Assembly (NCBI GenBank): GCA_051362555.1
Contig: CM120641.1
Span: 29,146,401 to 29,210,400 of the forward strand
Direction of reading: 5' to 3'
DNA: 64,000 nt
Source: Lingula anatina
Taxonomy: Eukaryota > Animalia > Brachiopoda
Under the pieces are notes generated by a model. It was given only the letters and a program-made list of their open reading frames with translations. It was not told where the DNA came from and did no database searches. This document shows positions 1 through 23,910 of this stretch, one piece after another; position 1 is the first letter of the stretch, and every line of letters starts with the position of its first letter. The position numbers were made by a program, and so were the translations under genes.

Positions 1-1716
1 AAAATTTTCAGGCTTTGAGCACATGACCAGACAGAGCTAAGAATGGGGTACAATTAGAAGAATTTGGTATATGTAACACATGCAGCATCATAATTCAGAA
101 CTATTGAGAATGCAATTCAACATTATTTTCCCCATTTCATTACGTCACAGATAACCTATAAAAATAATATTTGAACATTTTGTATTGGGCAACATTGAAG
201 GAATTCTCATGTAAATTCTCAAGTGTAAAATCAAGTGAGATTTTGCAGGAATTGGAGTAGAGCTGGGTCAGAAATACGTAAGTGGCCGACTAGCAAAAGC
301 AGAGCAGCAACAAATAGTTTAAAAGATGACAGAATTCCTCCATGAATAATTTTCTGTTCATTTTTGCTGAATTGCACTACTGTAGAAATACGTACATCAT
401 ATTTTGCATCACTCTTGTATTGCTTTTTAAGACAATATTCCTAGCACATCCAAGTTTCCACCTTGGGGCCTGGAAAGTTAGCCCCACGTTTTGTGGATTC
501 TCGGATGACATTACGTACCACAGTGTGCCATTTTTAAGGCTGATGATGCTCATTTCTAAAAAAAAAGGAGCTACTGCACTTCCATTTGAACCAAATTGGC
601 TTGAGGAGACTGTGCACAAGTTTCACTGAGAGAAGATGATGTTCCTGTCAAGTAGAAACAATACTGAAGGACCCAGGTTTCCTGCCATGGGTCATGTTGT
701 GTCAGTACCCCAGTTCAGTTGTGGCCTTGGTTTCACATACATGTTCAAGAGATTGTTTGCAAGATTAAAAATGTAAATAAAAAATCAGTTTTGTGGTACA
801 TGCCAATTATTTTTCTGTTGATATAAAAAGTTGTAAATATTACGTGTAGAAATGTGAGATTTCAATGTGCAGGGCAATATTTTTCATGTTTGAAAGCATA
901 TTGTAGTATTTACAAAATTTCAAAGATGGTTTTTATTGCGTCTAAAAACTATTTGCGGCTTGTTATCATGTCCAAGTAAATAAACCTCTGTAAATCAGAT
1001 ATACTCTATTTCTTTAAATGATTACAATGAAGTCAACTTGTAGAGTATCTCAAAAATTTTATTGAGTTTAATGATACTGCAACAGAAAAGGATGATTACT
1101 AACAAATGATAGCTGTGTAAGTGTTGAGGAAATAGAAGGCAAAAAAGTTCAAAAGTGCTACTAATTCAACCCAATTATGATAATGTTACAAGTAAAAATC
1201 CTGGCTTTTTCCTAAAAAGTTCATTAATAACCAGATGAAAAGGCTTTATGGTCTAGCTGCTCAAAAGGGCTTTAGTCATAATTCTTTACATGTACATAAC
1301 TACAGAAAATATATATATATATATAGGGTAATGTCAGAAAAATTCTTAAATTCACAGCACAAATAAAAGCACAAACAGTACTACGCTATTGCCAGTCTAT
1401 ATCAACAAGCACTATATTAATAAATATGGATGACTTGATACCACTTGGTGTTATTGTAATATATTAATTTTCTTTTATAATTATTCATGACTTCTTGATC
1501 CAGCTTATAATTTACCATGTGTGCTTTGCAGCAACAATTCATTTCTTGCAGCTGTGAAGAAACTACAAATCCACTAGAATATTGCATTGTGTAGAAAGTC
1601 GAGTAACCTTTAAATAGTAAGAGCTCCCAACAGGGATGCATAAACCTCCCTCATGTTATAACATAGTGTTTGCTCAGAATAAATTGTCCGTTGACTCTTG
1701 TTCATCTGGAAGCATG

Positions 1717-1836
1717 TTATGCAAAAGTAATTCCAGCTTCCTGGTATGTTTTGAAGATTTTTTCCACAGAGACTATGAAAGCAGCAGTACGGAGGTCAAT
1801 TCCAAGATTAAACTTCATGGCTGCCCGCATTATATT
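1717..1836 (-). CDS. GLUD1: Alternative (distal) terminal coding exon of glutamate dehydrogenase
   Basis: Acceptor ttcttcCAG, phase 0, 120 nt, [39 protein letters not shown]; same length and phase as exon 2748-2629; AATAAA downstream on - strand at 1058-1063 and 932-937. Confidence 0.88.
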   Translation of the reverse strand, partial: NIMRAAMKFNLGIDLRTAAFIVSVEKIFKTYQEAGITFA

Positions 1837-2628
1837 CTGGAAGAAGCACAATATATATTATATTTTATAACAAAATCTTTTCAGGCAGGCAATCATAAAT
1901 TAAAGAAATGGTAATAAATGGAACAATAAATATCATGCCATGATTAAGGGTGTTAAATGTGAACAGTAAAAGAGTTACCTCTCAGAAATACTAAGAAAAG
2001 CAACTCCTAAGTAAATTCAAACATTTTAAGAATATAGCAGTATTTCCGTTTTCAATCAACAGCTGATATTGACATTGTTTACCTACAATATTTCAATGTC
2101 TGGAAAGTCTCACTCCCCAAAAAAATGCTCTAGATAGACATTGCATTATTGGAGGTAAACAATTTCAATATTAGCTGTTGACTGAAGAAACTTTTCTTTT
2201 TATATAATGACAAAACAGCTGATGAGATTCTTCTCAAATATTTTTTGACTGTTAATTTTCATCCACTCTGGCTATGAAGGCATTATTGAATTCCCCATTT
2301 ATTCTGAACAGAAATATAAAATGCACTTTCAGAAATGTTTAACTGCTGTTGCCATCCTGTTAAGAGAGCAAAGACAATTTACTGGAATGTTGAATTGGTT
2401 GACATCTGACGCATACAAGATGACAGAGCAGTAAGAGAAAGGACTCCAATGGTGAGAGGCAGCGGTCTGAAAGCTCTTATCAAAACATTGTTTTTAGCCT
2501 AAGGAAGTTTTAAAAAAATACCTAAAGGACTGCATCAAGGGGTGTTGTATTATTATTATTATTTTATCTATTTTTTTTTTTTTAGTGTAAAAAAAAGTGT
2601 TAAAAAATCATGAATTAAACCAACTGGA

Positions 2629-13758
<11,130 letters not shown>

Positions 13759-13792
13759 TGTTACTTCCTGAAGATGTGTACTACCTAGGGCT

Positions 13793-13957
13793 GCTTTATA
13801 AAGTTGAAACTGATATACAACTGGCACAACACAGTCAAATTAGTTCATTAATATAAAGCAGCTACCTCCACGCAGCTTGACCTCCGTTGCAAGTGACCTT
13901 GAGCAGGAGGTGTGACCACTTATAATCCAATCAAGATGTTCAGTGTATATGACGTCA
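13793..13957 (-). promoter_or_regulatory. Candidate GDH promoter: TATA, ERR element and CRE
   Basis: TATAAAGC on - strand at 13800-13793; TCAAGGTCA at 13902-13894; palindromic TGACGTCA at 13950-13957. Motif matches only. Confidence 0.45.
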
Positions 13958-14482
13958 TATTCGTTGTCCAACAAAGGTGTTTCTGATTGCGGATTATTAC
14001 AGCTCCAACTTTTACGTGCCACAAAAGCGTTCTTCAGTATGAGTAAGAGTTTTCCACTACAGAGTTTTGTTAGCACATCACTTATGAGAAAATTATTTGA
14101 TACCAATATTTCTCCCATTCTGCCGGGGAGGGGGTAATAATTATGCGTACAATTGTCCTGCCTATGTTGGGGAGAATTCTAGGACAATTCCCCGTTGCAT
14201 ATGTATAAGTCCTTGGCGCTTGTTCTGAAATCGCGGTTTTGTTGTTCATTCCTACTGGACTCTACAAAGAAAAAAAGTGCCTAACTTGGCCAACTAGCCT
14301 GGTCTTTCCTATGGCGAAACCTCTTTTTCAAATGCCGAATGAATTGAAATTTTAGTCTTTTTTAGGACAGAAAATGAATAATTATAACTGTCACTCGTGG
14401 GCGACGTTCAGCCCCTCAAGTCGACACGTTTTGTAACGCACCGAGCGTGCCTCGGGGCTCGGCCCAAACATCTCATTAATAT

Positions 14483-14652
14483 CAGGCCCGTAGCCAGCAA
14501 TTTCAGAGGGGGGGGGGGCGTTTTCTGAAAAAGTGGACCTTTTACCATAAAATCCTCAAGTACATAGATCAAATTTTACCCAGAGTGGACCTTTTCCCAC
14601 CAAAAAGGGTGGTTCTTTTGAACCCCCCGAACCTCCCCTGGCTACGGGCCTG
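14483..14652 (+). mobile_element. hAT-like MITE with 5-bp TSD (copy 1)
   Basis: TIR CAGGCCCGTAGCCAG / CTGGCTACGGGCCTG, flanked by AATAT on both sides; homologous to 50099-50264. Confidence 0.85.
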
Positions 14653-16915
14653 AATATTATCAATTATGAATTTAAAAAGAGAAAAGCATTACATGTAAAC
14701 GTGTCTTTTTACGTGCTAGAAGTTATAAGTGAAATCATTACTAATCATTTGGTGCAAGAAGGCCTACCTTCGCTATGCATTTGCCCATCGTATAGGCCGA
14801 ATTAAAATCTTTTAAATGCATGATGAACTTAGGCATTTAGTATTTTCTTAGATATACATTTTATTTTGAAATAAAAGATAGTGAAGTAGGGATCTAGAAG
14901 GCCTGCAAAAGGAAAGCGGAGATCGAGAGATCCGTTCTGTTTGTAAGGTTTATTATTTTGCTTTTCTTTTGTTGTGCTTGAGGAGCTGGGTGATCCAGCA
15001 CATCTGATGCAACGTACATTTGCATGAGTGATATCTTTAAGGTTTAGGGATACTCTAAATATTAGTTTGGACATTTCATTTCCATGATTTCATTCAACTC
15101 AGTGTCTCCGTAAAAGGAACACATAGTATATTCTTTCTTTCTGACCAGTTATTTTCTGTTTTGTTACGTAAAATTTATAGCTTAAGGAATGGCAGAAATG
15201 TTGTTACATGTCTTGTGAATTCCTATGTGAAATTAAACCAAGATCCAGTGAACAGCATATGCCTTTCCTTGACTTTGCTTATCAGTATAACGTTCGCGAG
15301 CTATAGTGTTGATCAAAACTAAAAAGGCCACAGAACAATATTTTTAAATATTTTTAAAAAACATATCATGGCTTAAAGAAAACTAAAACTTACAAAGATT
15401 CAAATGTAAAAAAAAAAAAGTTTGCTACAGGGCTATATCAAAATTAATATGAGTTACATATGAATTACCAACAGAAATCCAATAAATCGATATAACTTAT
15501 GTATAAAGGGCGGGTAGGCTGTTCTAAACACAGCATTTGTAGGTAGTTTTTTTTTTTTACACAGAACCCGACCGATTGCCACGATAAAGTTTTAAATGAT
15601 ATAACTAATAAATACCAAAGGACGTCGTTTCACATTTCCCGAATAATGACATTTGAACGGATACTTTCTGCTTATTCCATGCGTAGGAATCTAAGGGGAA
15701 TGAGAGTGATGATTATGCAATACCCGGTACGCTAGGAGTACCACGCAAGTTTGCGGATTTTTACAAACTGAAGGGACTGATAACTATGCCAATTTCCGAC
15801 CAGAATTAAAGAAAGTGTAGCTTTTTTATAGCTGTTTTGGGCTGAACGAGGGATTAATTTTGTTTATGGCTTGACATGTCGACTTCATTCTCGTTGTACA
15901 AGAAACTAATAAAAGTGGTTTATATGCGTTACTAGGAATCCACGCTCGCTTTACATGTAACTTTACGCATTAGTTTACATTTTATAGTTGGAAGAAAGAA
16001 AGTTGGGAGGAGAGGAAGAAATTATTTGCTCGGTTTAATAATTGGTTGGTGCTGGTGGCGAGAGCTGGAGTCACCCTGAGTTGCTCGAGCAGGAACACCT
16101 TGACGACCGAGCGGCACGATAAATTGAGAAAATAATAAGATAGATACTTGCGCGAGGTTGCCAATTATTGAAGGTGGGGTATTTAAAGACGCCACGATTT
16201 ATGGGATTCGATAGTTAAGGATTTATTTCCTTACCCGCTTTAGATAATGCAGAAATAAATATGGTCATATTATGAGATAATGTTCATTCGTGCTGGCAAT
16301 GTTTTAGCAGCTATTTTGGGGTGAAAACTGTAAATACGATTTCAAACAGATCTCCCTCATCTGAACTACTATCTAAAAACTACTTTTATGAAAACAACAG
16401 AAAAATCAGCATCAGGGGTTTCTTAATAGTTAAAAAAAAACTGAAATTGAAATTTTTTTCATTCAGACTCTGAAGAATGCTTTTTTTTCCTTTAGCGCCA
16501 TTTTTTGCCACACGATTCTAATACAATATCATTAAAGTGTTTTTTAAGCATCGCTAGAAAGAAACTTCAGGTCGCAAAAGCACCATTTTGCAATAAGAAC
16601 GTTGTAGTTCACTGAGAATTTAAATCGTTAAATATTAATCTTTATAATGCAATATAAACCTAAATGAACCGTCGCACAGAGAGAGTCAAGATATCGTCCT
16701 TGTTTATCTATAGACATTTTGTAGAGCAGGGGACATTCAATAATTGTACTTTTAAAAGCAAAAGCAAAGAAACATTTTATGAAATGAGTCTTAAGTTTTG
16801 CACTTAAATAGATACTTAGTAAGATCATTTACCGCGTCTTCTTGACCACATGGAGGTAGTTAAAATTAGTTTTCATAATTCACAACGGAATAGCGAAAAC
16901 AGCTGAGGCTAATAG

Positions 16916-17157
16916 TTACCTCCGCCAAGGAGGTTATGTTTTCGCCCCTGTTTGTCTGTCTGTTTGTTTGTCATCGACATAACTCAAAAAGTTATGGACC
17001 GATTTTGATGAAATTTTTCAGGAACTGTCAGAAGTGGGCCAAGGAACAGATGATTAGTTTTTGGTGGTGATCCGGATCAATAATCAATCAATAATCAATA
17101 ATAATAAAAAATCGCTGCCTTGGCGGAGGTCTGCGCTCTCGGAGTGCTTTTCTAGTT
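16916..17157 (+). mobile_element. Helentron-associated (HINE/DINE-like) element, family A, copy 1
   Basis: Subterminal IR ACCTCCGCCAAGG / CCTTGGCGGAGGT, (TGTC/TGTT) microsatellite, 3' hairpin GCGCTCTCGGAGTGC, end TTTTCTAGTT; three copies in the window. Confidence 0.8.
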
Positions 17158-17516
17158 TTATCTACAATATTATGATAATTCTTGTATGAAAGTCGAATTA
17201 CAGGGTGCCTTTCAATAATTTCCTCTTGCAAAGAGTAAATAATCTTCTCGTTTAACGAGGGTAGAAATATTGCCTTTATTTTGTTGTTATTGTTTTTAGG
17301 ATGGGCAATATCATTGGTTGGATTGAATTCAGACTCTAATTTTTTTTCTTGCTTTTTGGGGGCATATTAGAAGCTGAATTAAGCAAAATTCGAAATTTTT
17401 GAAAATTGTTGTATAGGTTGCACAATAGTCGTTAATTGTCGAGACACGAGCGTGCGGCGTGAGTACACCTTGTATGCTCCTGGCGTAACGCACGTGCTTC
17501 CGCGGTGCTTTCGACT

Positions 17517-17734
17517 TTCAGGCCTACCCAACTACCAGACTCGCCACCGAATGATCCTGAATTCACCGGTAAATCGGACCACACTACCCGTTTTCAAGGT
17601 GTGTATCAGTACGCATTTCACAGTATCAGACGCGACACCGCTCTTGCCTAGTACGCGATGTGATAGGGACGATTCTCAGCGGGGTTGAAAAGCATTGCAT
17701 CACCACTCAAAATTTGTTCAGGGTATGATACTGT
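17517..17734. repeat. Partial long-TIR (foldback-type) element: left arm plus core
   Basis: 17517-17628 is the reverse complement of about 20301-20412; core 17622-17734 matches 20194-20311 in direct orientation. Confidence 0.7.
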
Positions 17735-18199
17735 GTAATGCGTAACATGTCCAACATCCTCCGTACGTGCATACGGGTTGTCTGCGAACTCCAAAATTCG
17801 CAAGGACTTGCGTTGCACGTGAGATTCTGCGCAAAATTTGGACGAAAACAGGCCGTAAGAGCCCGTGCGGCCGGTTGTGACCGAGGCTTAAGAGTTTTAC
17901 AAGTAAACCCTTCTTCTTTTGTTTCATTTTATGCTGTGTATGATTTATTTGGGCATTTGCATGAATGATTCTGCCTGATAAATTTCAATGGGCTGGATTA
18001 AACGTAATTAAAACTCGAAAAAGACCACAGGTAATTACAAAAGCATTTCATTTAAACAGCTTTGACACAGATGAACAAGAAAATGTAAAAAAAAAAAAAA
18101 ACTGTAAAAAACTGTTTGAAATGTGAAAGTCACAATACCGTAAAATCCCCATTGGGGCCACACATAACACAATACAAGACACCAGAAGGCAAATTAAAC

Positions 18200-18356
18200 G
18201 GGGCCGTAGCAATAGTCCGAAGGTTCATTGGTCCGAATGTTCACTACAGAACCTTCGGACCAACGAACCCTTGATTAAAAAACCGATAAAAATGTTACCG
18301 TTTTTCGGACCAATGAACCTTCGGACCAATGAACCTTCGGACTATCGAGACGCCCC
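18200..18356. mobile_element. MITE with 15-bp subterminal repeats (possibly Mutator-like)
   Basis: GGGGC...GCCCC termini, repeats GGTCCGAAGGTTCATT and their inverse, flanks AAATTAAAC / CAATTAAAC (8 bp exact, 8/9 as 9 bp); further end fragments near 18549 and 18944. Confidence 0.7.
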
Positions 18357-19299
18357 CAATTAAACCAGACGCTAAATACTGCGCAGTTGTTTGAATCCTG
18401 TGCTGTGTTTCCGGTTTCGTTTTACGTGGAAAGATAAAAAAAGAAGGCATATCGCAACGGGCTGTTAAAAGATTCATCAAATAGTCAAGGGGACAAACGA
18501 GCGTAAGTACAACTGGAATATCATGATAACAATAACATGCATTATGGTGGGCGTAGCAAGAGTCCGAAGGTTCGTTACAAGTATATACTGTACAGCGGTA
18601 AACTGAAAATCTGCTAACGACCTTGGGTTTTTCCCATTACAGATGCTACCTCTTTCTATTAAATCTTGCGTTCCACGTAAACAAGCTAAGTAGATGTTTG
18701 AATCATTACATATGAATCTAAGTAGTGAAATAATTATGAACTTACTTCAAAATATATACATACATATGTACAGTGGAATTCGGAAAAGCTACTTTTGTTT
18801 CCGCCTAAGTGCCTGTTCGTTGCCGACCGACTGTCATAATTTGTATATAATTTAATATGCATTCAGATATCATTGTCCCAAGTTTACCGTAGTCTACATC
18901 GACTAAAATGGGGGCATTGAATTATAGGAACGAAAAACCTTTAGGGGGCATAACAATTAAAAATAGTCTGAAGGTTTGTTACTAGCTAGGGGTAAAGAAA
19001 AAAATCTGCTAACACTGTAAGAAGTGACCTTAAATGTTTCCCATTACTTTTACATGTGCTACCTCTACATGTATCTATTAAAATACTGGTTCCACCTAAA
19101 CAAGCTGAATTACACAGGACACCCTCCCCTCTTTCACCAATGCCCTATCAGAGAGCAACATTAACCTGGCAGATAATGGCATCTTTTCGTGGGTTACAAG
19201 TGTAAGAGACACCTTAATTGGAACTGATTGAAATGGGAGCAGTTTTAATTGGCCAAACCAGTAGGGCCAACTCTCTCCACATTCAAACAAGTTAAAATA

Positions 19300-19640
19300 G
19301 CTCTTGAAAACGTACGAGAAAGAGTGGGGAGAGGGTATTAAGCAGTAAACACATACAACTTTAAAGGAGAAGTTCCCACTAGAAAACTATATTTTGCCCC
19401 ACCCTAAACAATTAAGAGCTAATCTCTCTAAATTAAGAATAAGAGCTCGCTGTCTGCAAATAGAAAGGGGTAGGTATGATAGGCCCTTTAACCCCTCTGA
19501 GCATCGAACATGCCCCATATGTAAATCCGGAGAGGTACATGTAGAGGATGAATGTCACGTCCTCCCAAGATATCCAGCATATGATGACCTCCAAAGCCCC
19601 TTTATTACTAACATCCAAGGCTTCCTTAATATAATTTTTT
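19300..19640 (+). mobile_element. 3' fragment of a non-LTR retrotransposon (C-terminal zinc-knuckle region)
   Basis: LSKLRIRARCLQIERGRY...RTCPICKSGEVHVEDECHVL..YPAYDDL resembles the C-terminal CCHC segment of CR1/L2-group ORF2; degenerate; boundaries approximate. Confidence 0.75.
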
Positions 19641-19739
19641 ATTTTATTGCAGTGAGTACATCATAATGCACATTACTACCAGTTTGTACTGTAACAGATT
19701 TAAAGATTTAAACATTTTGCTTTTCAACAGGAGTCTATA

Positions 19740-21180
19740 ATGGAATCTGGTAAACCCACTGCCCTCATCCTGTCAATGCTTCTTCTGACTGCAACATTCC
19801 CAACAGGTAAGGTTAAAAGATATAAAAAGTCACCTTTTATGTGTTTTAACAATAAAAATTTTTTTCAGTATTGCATTTATGTGATACCCAGAAGAAAAAC
19901 CCATGATGTTCGGATTGCTGAACAAAATGATGTTAGATATATAAATAACTTTTTGTTAGATCATTTTGGGTCCCAATATATGTCTAATTTAGGAAAATGA
20001 GCAGAAGGATGGACAAAACTGCCAACCACTGACATTGGTGTGTGCATAAAAAACTAAAGGTTTGTTTTGATGCCAAAATTTGTGATTTTGTTTTTTTGTT
20101 AAGAAAAAATGGGAAAACCTGGTTTCTTGGGGTTTCTTGGGTTTGTTTTGTAATAATAGTAAGGGTGGGGGATCCGCATGGTCCTTGCTTCTAAGTATCA
20201 GATGTGATGCCGCTCTTGCCTACATAGTACACGATGTGATAGTGATGATTCTCAGCAGGGTTGGAAATTGGTGCATCACATCTCAAAATTTGTTCCGGGT
20301 ATGATACTGTGAATTCCGTACTGACACACACCTTGAAAACGGTTAGTGTGGTCCAATCTGCTGGTGAATTTGGGATCAATCGGTGCCAAGTCTGGTAGTT
20401 GGATAGGCCTGAAACTAATCTTAGGCAGCCGTCTTTACAAATATCCATTGAAAATTGGTGCAATTCGAAGTCATTAGTGATAAATGTTAACTGGTCACAT
20501 TGTCCTTAACAACTCGTGCACATCACTTATTTGCCATTGATATTTTTCTGATGCCAGTCCAAGTAGAAGAGAGCACAAGGAAACTGAAAAATAGAACTAT
20601 CACCCCAAAAATGTTGATATATGATGTCATCTGCAAAATGACATATTTCTGAAGACAGATAATACCCATGAACATTAAATAATAATATAATATAATATAA
20701 TATAATATAATATAATATAATATAATAACCACCAGTTTTGTACAGTCATTTATAGCCTGATTTTGGTTCTAGCAGTTAAAAAAAATAGTTGGAAGGCCCT
20801 CAAACCAATTATGTAACAGTTAAAAGTGCATCTGGACGGGAGTAGGCTTTCAAGAGCAACTAAATGAAGTGATCTCATGTTCAATTTTTACAGGTTCTGC
20901 TATGGGTTGGGGTGTAGTCATAGGGGGTGTTGCAGCAGCAGTGGCCGCACCCTTTGCCTTGCCAGCTATAGGGTTTGGAGCAGCTGGAATAACAGCTGGG
21001 TCTTATGCAGCATCACTGATGAGTGCATCTGCCATTGCCAATGGTGGAGGAGTGGCTGCTGGAAGCATGGTTGCTATTGCACAGTCCTTAGGTGCTGCAG
21101 GCATTGGAGCTTCAGGGGTGATTTCAGCAGGAGCAGTTGGAGCAGCTGCAGGTGCAGCCGTGGATCATGCAACGGAATAG
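19740..21180 (+). CDS. IFI27/IFI6 (ISG12 family)-like small hydrophobic protein, 117 aa
   Basis: Exons 19740-19806 and 20894-21180 (phase 1, GT-AG). ISG12 motif [47 protein letters not shown]; hydrophobic N-terminus; acceptor at 19730 implies an upstream 5'UTR exon. Confidence 0.9.
20194..20412. repeat. Partial long-TIR element: core plus right arm, inside the IFI27-like intron
   Basis: Homologous to 17517-17734. Confidence 0.7.
20680..20727. repeat. (ATAAT)n pentanucleotide microsatellite
   Basis: About 9 tandem copies. Confidence 0.9.
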
Positions 21181-21664
21181 AAAATGATTGATGTTAAATG
21201 TTTGATTTGAGTTCGAATATAGACATAGAAAAATGATTGATGTTAAATGTTTGATTTGAGTTCGAATATAGACATAGAAAAATGATTGATGTTAAATGTT
21301 TGATTTGAGTTCGAATATAGACATAGAAAAATGATTGATGTTAAATGTTTGATTTGAGTTCGAATATAGACATAGAAAAATGATTGATGTTAAATGTTTG
21401 ATTTGAGTTCGAATATAGACATAGAAAAATGATTAATGTTAAATGTTTGATTTGAGTTCGAATATAGACATAGAAAAATGATTGATGTTAAATGTTTGAT
21501 TTGAGTTCAAATATGGACATAGAAAAATGATTGATGTTAAATGTTTGATTTGAGTTCGAATATAGACATAGAAAAATGATTGATGTTAAATGTTTGATTT
21601 GAGTTCAAATATAGACATAGAAAAATGATTGATGTTAAATGTTTGATTTGAGTTCAAATAGACA
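21177..21664 (+). repeat. 49-bp minisatellite, about 10 copies, starting at the IFI27-like stop codon
   Basis: Unit ATAGAAAAATGATTGATGTTAAATGTTTGATTTGAGTTCGAATATAGAC; starts at 21177, 21225, 21274, 21323, 21372, 21421, 21470, 21519, 21568, 21617. Confidence 0.97.
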
Positions 21665-23910
21665 TACAAGGTATACTTGTCAGCTTTGAAGATGAGTCGG
21701 GTATTTAGATAACTCATCAGTGACCAATTCACCTTAGGCCAAAAGAAGAACAATGCTCTTAAAACACAAAATATTTGTTAAGCAAGATCATTGTAAACCC
21801 TACTTTTCTGATTGTTCTACTTTCTACATTATTCTCTGTCTCAAAACTTTCTTTGCATGTTATTTGTTTGTTCAGCTTTGAACTAACTCCATTGTCTTAT
21901 TAAAATGTTTCTAGGTTTTGAATTGTTAATTTGGTTTGCATGTTGAAATACATGTACAGTAATGAGTAAAAGTGTTCGGATTGCATCGAGAAACACTCCT
22001 AAAACCGAATAAAATGTAAATCACTATGGTCACGTAAATAAACATAGTGAATACAGGCCTATGTGATATTTTGTTGGTTGTTTTTGCCATTTCTCACTTG
22101 AATAATTATGTACTTTCATGAACAGTTACATTTACGCATTTACCAAGGGCTAAATCCAAAACATTATTTGTTTGAGTGAGCTTACTGCAACCGGGTTTAA
22201 GTAAAAGTAAAAGTCAAAATTATAAAATGTGCCATTCTTTATTCTACGATGTAAAATATGGAACAATACAATACACCACTGTACCTTTGTCTTCACAAAA
22301 CCAACAATGCAAACTGTCCAACTCCTTCATTTGCAATACAAATGCCAGGACAGTCCAGCAATATACCTCTTAAACATGATACATTTTGATTGTCAAGAAT
22401 AAGACACGAAATACTAGTGTATATTTTATGAATGTTAATATTTCTGCGTATGGGCAGCTACAACTTCAAAATAGTAATGTTTAAACCAAACTCCAAGGCA
22501 AAAATGCAAAGGGCACTTCTGTGTCTGGTGACAAATGACCATACTGCCAAAATGGGGAAAGAAGTTCAATTTGACTGTGGCTATGAAATACTAAATAGCC
22601 TAAAAACAACATGCTTGATAATTTACAAAAAAGCTTTGATAATTGAAAGCAAACAAAACCAAATTCATGAAGAGGCACTTGGTCCAAGACATGTTTTAGT
22701 ATAAGTTGTAACTTGTTAAAGGCAAGTTTATATTTATAATACCTATATCACATATAACATTGATAAAAACTGTGCATACATATAGTTAAAATTCAAGTAT
22801 AATTACACTGCAGTATTTGTTAGGACTAAAGGGAAATGCAGTGTACAACAACAAAGTTTGTTTTGTGAAATTAATATATAATCACACATGTAATTTAAGT
22901 TGTATTTGACTGGAAAGGACTAGCCAGTGTAAAGTGAAGCAAATTACATGAGAAATCTAATCGCAGTGCTGGAGGATAGTATGATAATGAATTATGATTA
23001 CATAATGACATAATTATAAAAATAATTGGATGATCCTTGTGTTTTATGTTAACCATTACAACCTTGAAAAGCAATAAGCTGGTCTGCATCTCTCAACACC
23101 ACCTCTTCATATTTGGATAGGGGTAGTTTGTTTTTTTACATAACAACTAATGTGAAAGACACTCATGCTGTTCTTAACAATCAAGCAAGAATATTTTTAA
23201 TATTAACTGGTGAACATTGGAATAATTGCATCAGCCCTACCAAAATCATCTGTGGCACTATATCACATACTACCTGCTTGCAAGTTTGCTAAAAACTAGG
23301 AAATTTGGGTTTGGTTTAGCCTAGTTTACTGTACTAACTGTCCTTCAATTAAGTCATACCTCATACAAGAACAGACTGATACGATACTTCAAGTTGAATA
23401 AAAAGTAAAATTCAAATTGTGCTATGGATTTTGATTATTGCAATATTTCTATCAAAAAGAGTGACAAGAACATGCGATTTTTGATTTACATTCTGAATAA
23501 AAAAAATAATAAATAAATAAAAAAATCTAAAACTGTTTATTAACCAACTTGCGCACACCCCCCTTTCTCAGGCCCATTTCATGTGATGTCTTACTATGTA
23601 TTCAGATGATATTACTCCGTTACATTCAAAAGGAACGCATTATCACTCTATACCTCATGTCTCCAAGATATGCATAGCTAAAGCATCAGTTAATATAACA
23701 CCCAAAATGAGACCATTATTGAGACAAAATAGTTCAGACAATTGAAAAGTTTTACAGAACTGTAACATGAATGTCAATATGATTATATAGAAAATATACA
23801 GAGGAAAATTTCCCATAAAGACCTGAATTAAAATGGAAAGAAACCAATCCCTCCCCTTCACTGCCAGATATTATCGGGACGGGCGATAAAGAAGTTTTGA
23901 GACACTTTAG

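Noticed and set aside
342-1641. Short ORFs at the window start
   Set aside because: Composition typical of non-coding DNA; region is the GDH 3'UTR or flank, with no motifs or exon chain.
15600-16850. CpG-richer intergenic segment with TTAA-AG start suggesting a Kolobok-type element
   Set aside because: No matching second terminus could be identified by eye.
21177-21664. CRISPR-like appearance of the regular repeat arrays (also 56.8-60.2 kb)
   Set aside because: Units are head-to-tail with no unique spacers, there are no cas genes, and the DNA is eukaryotic.
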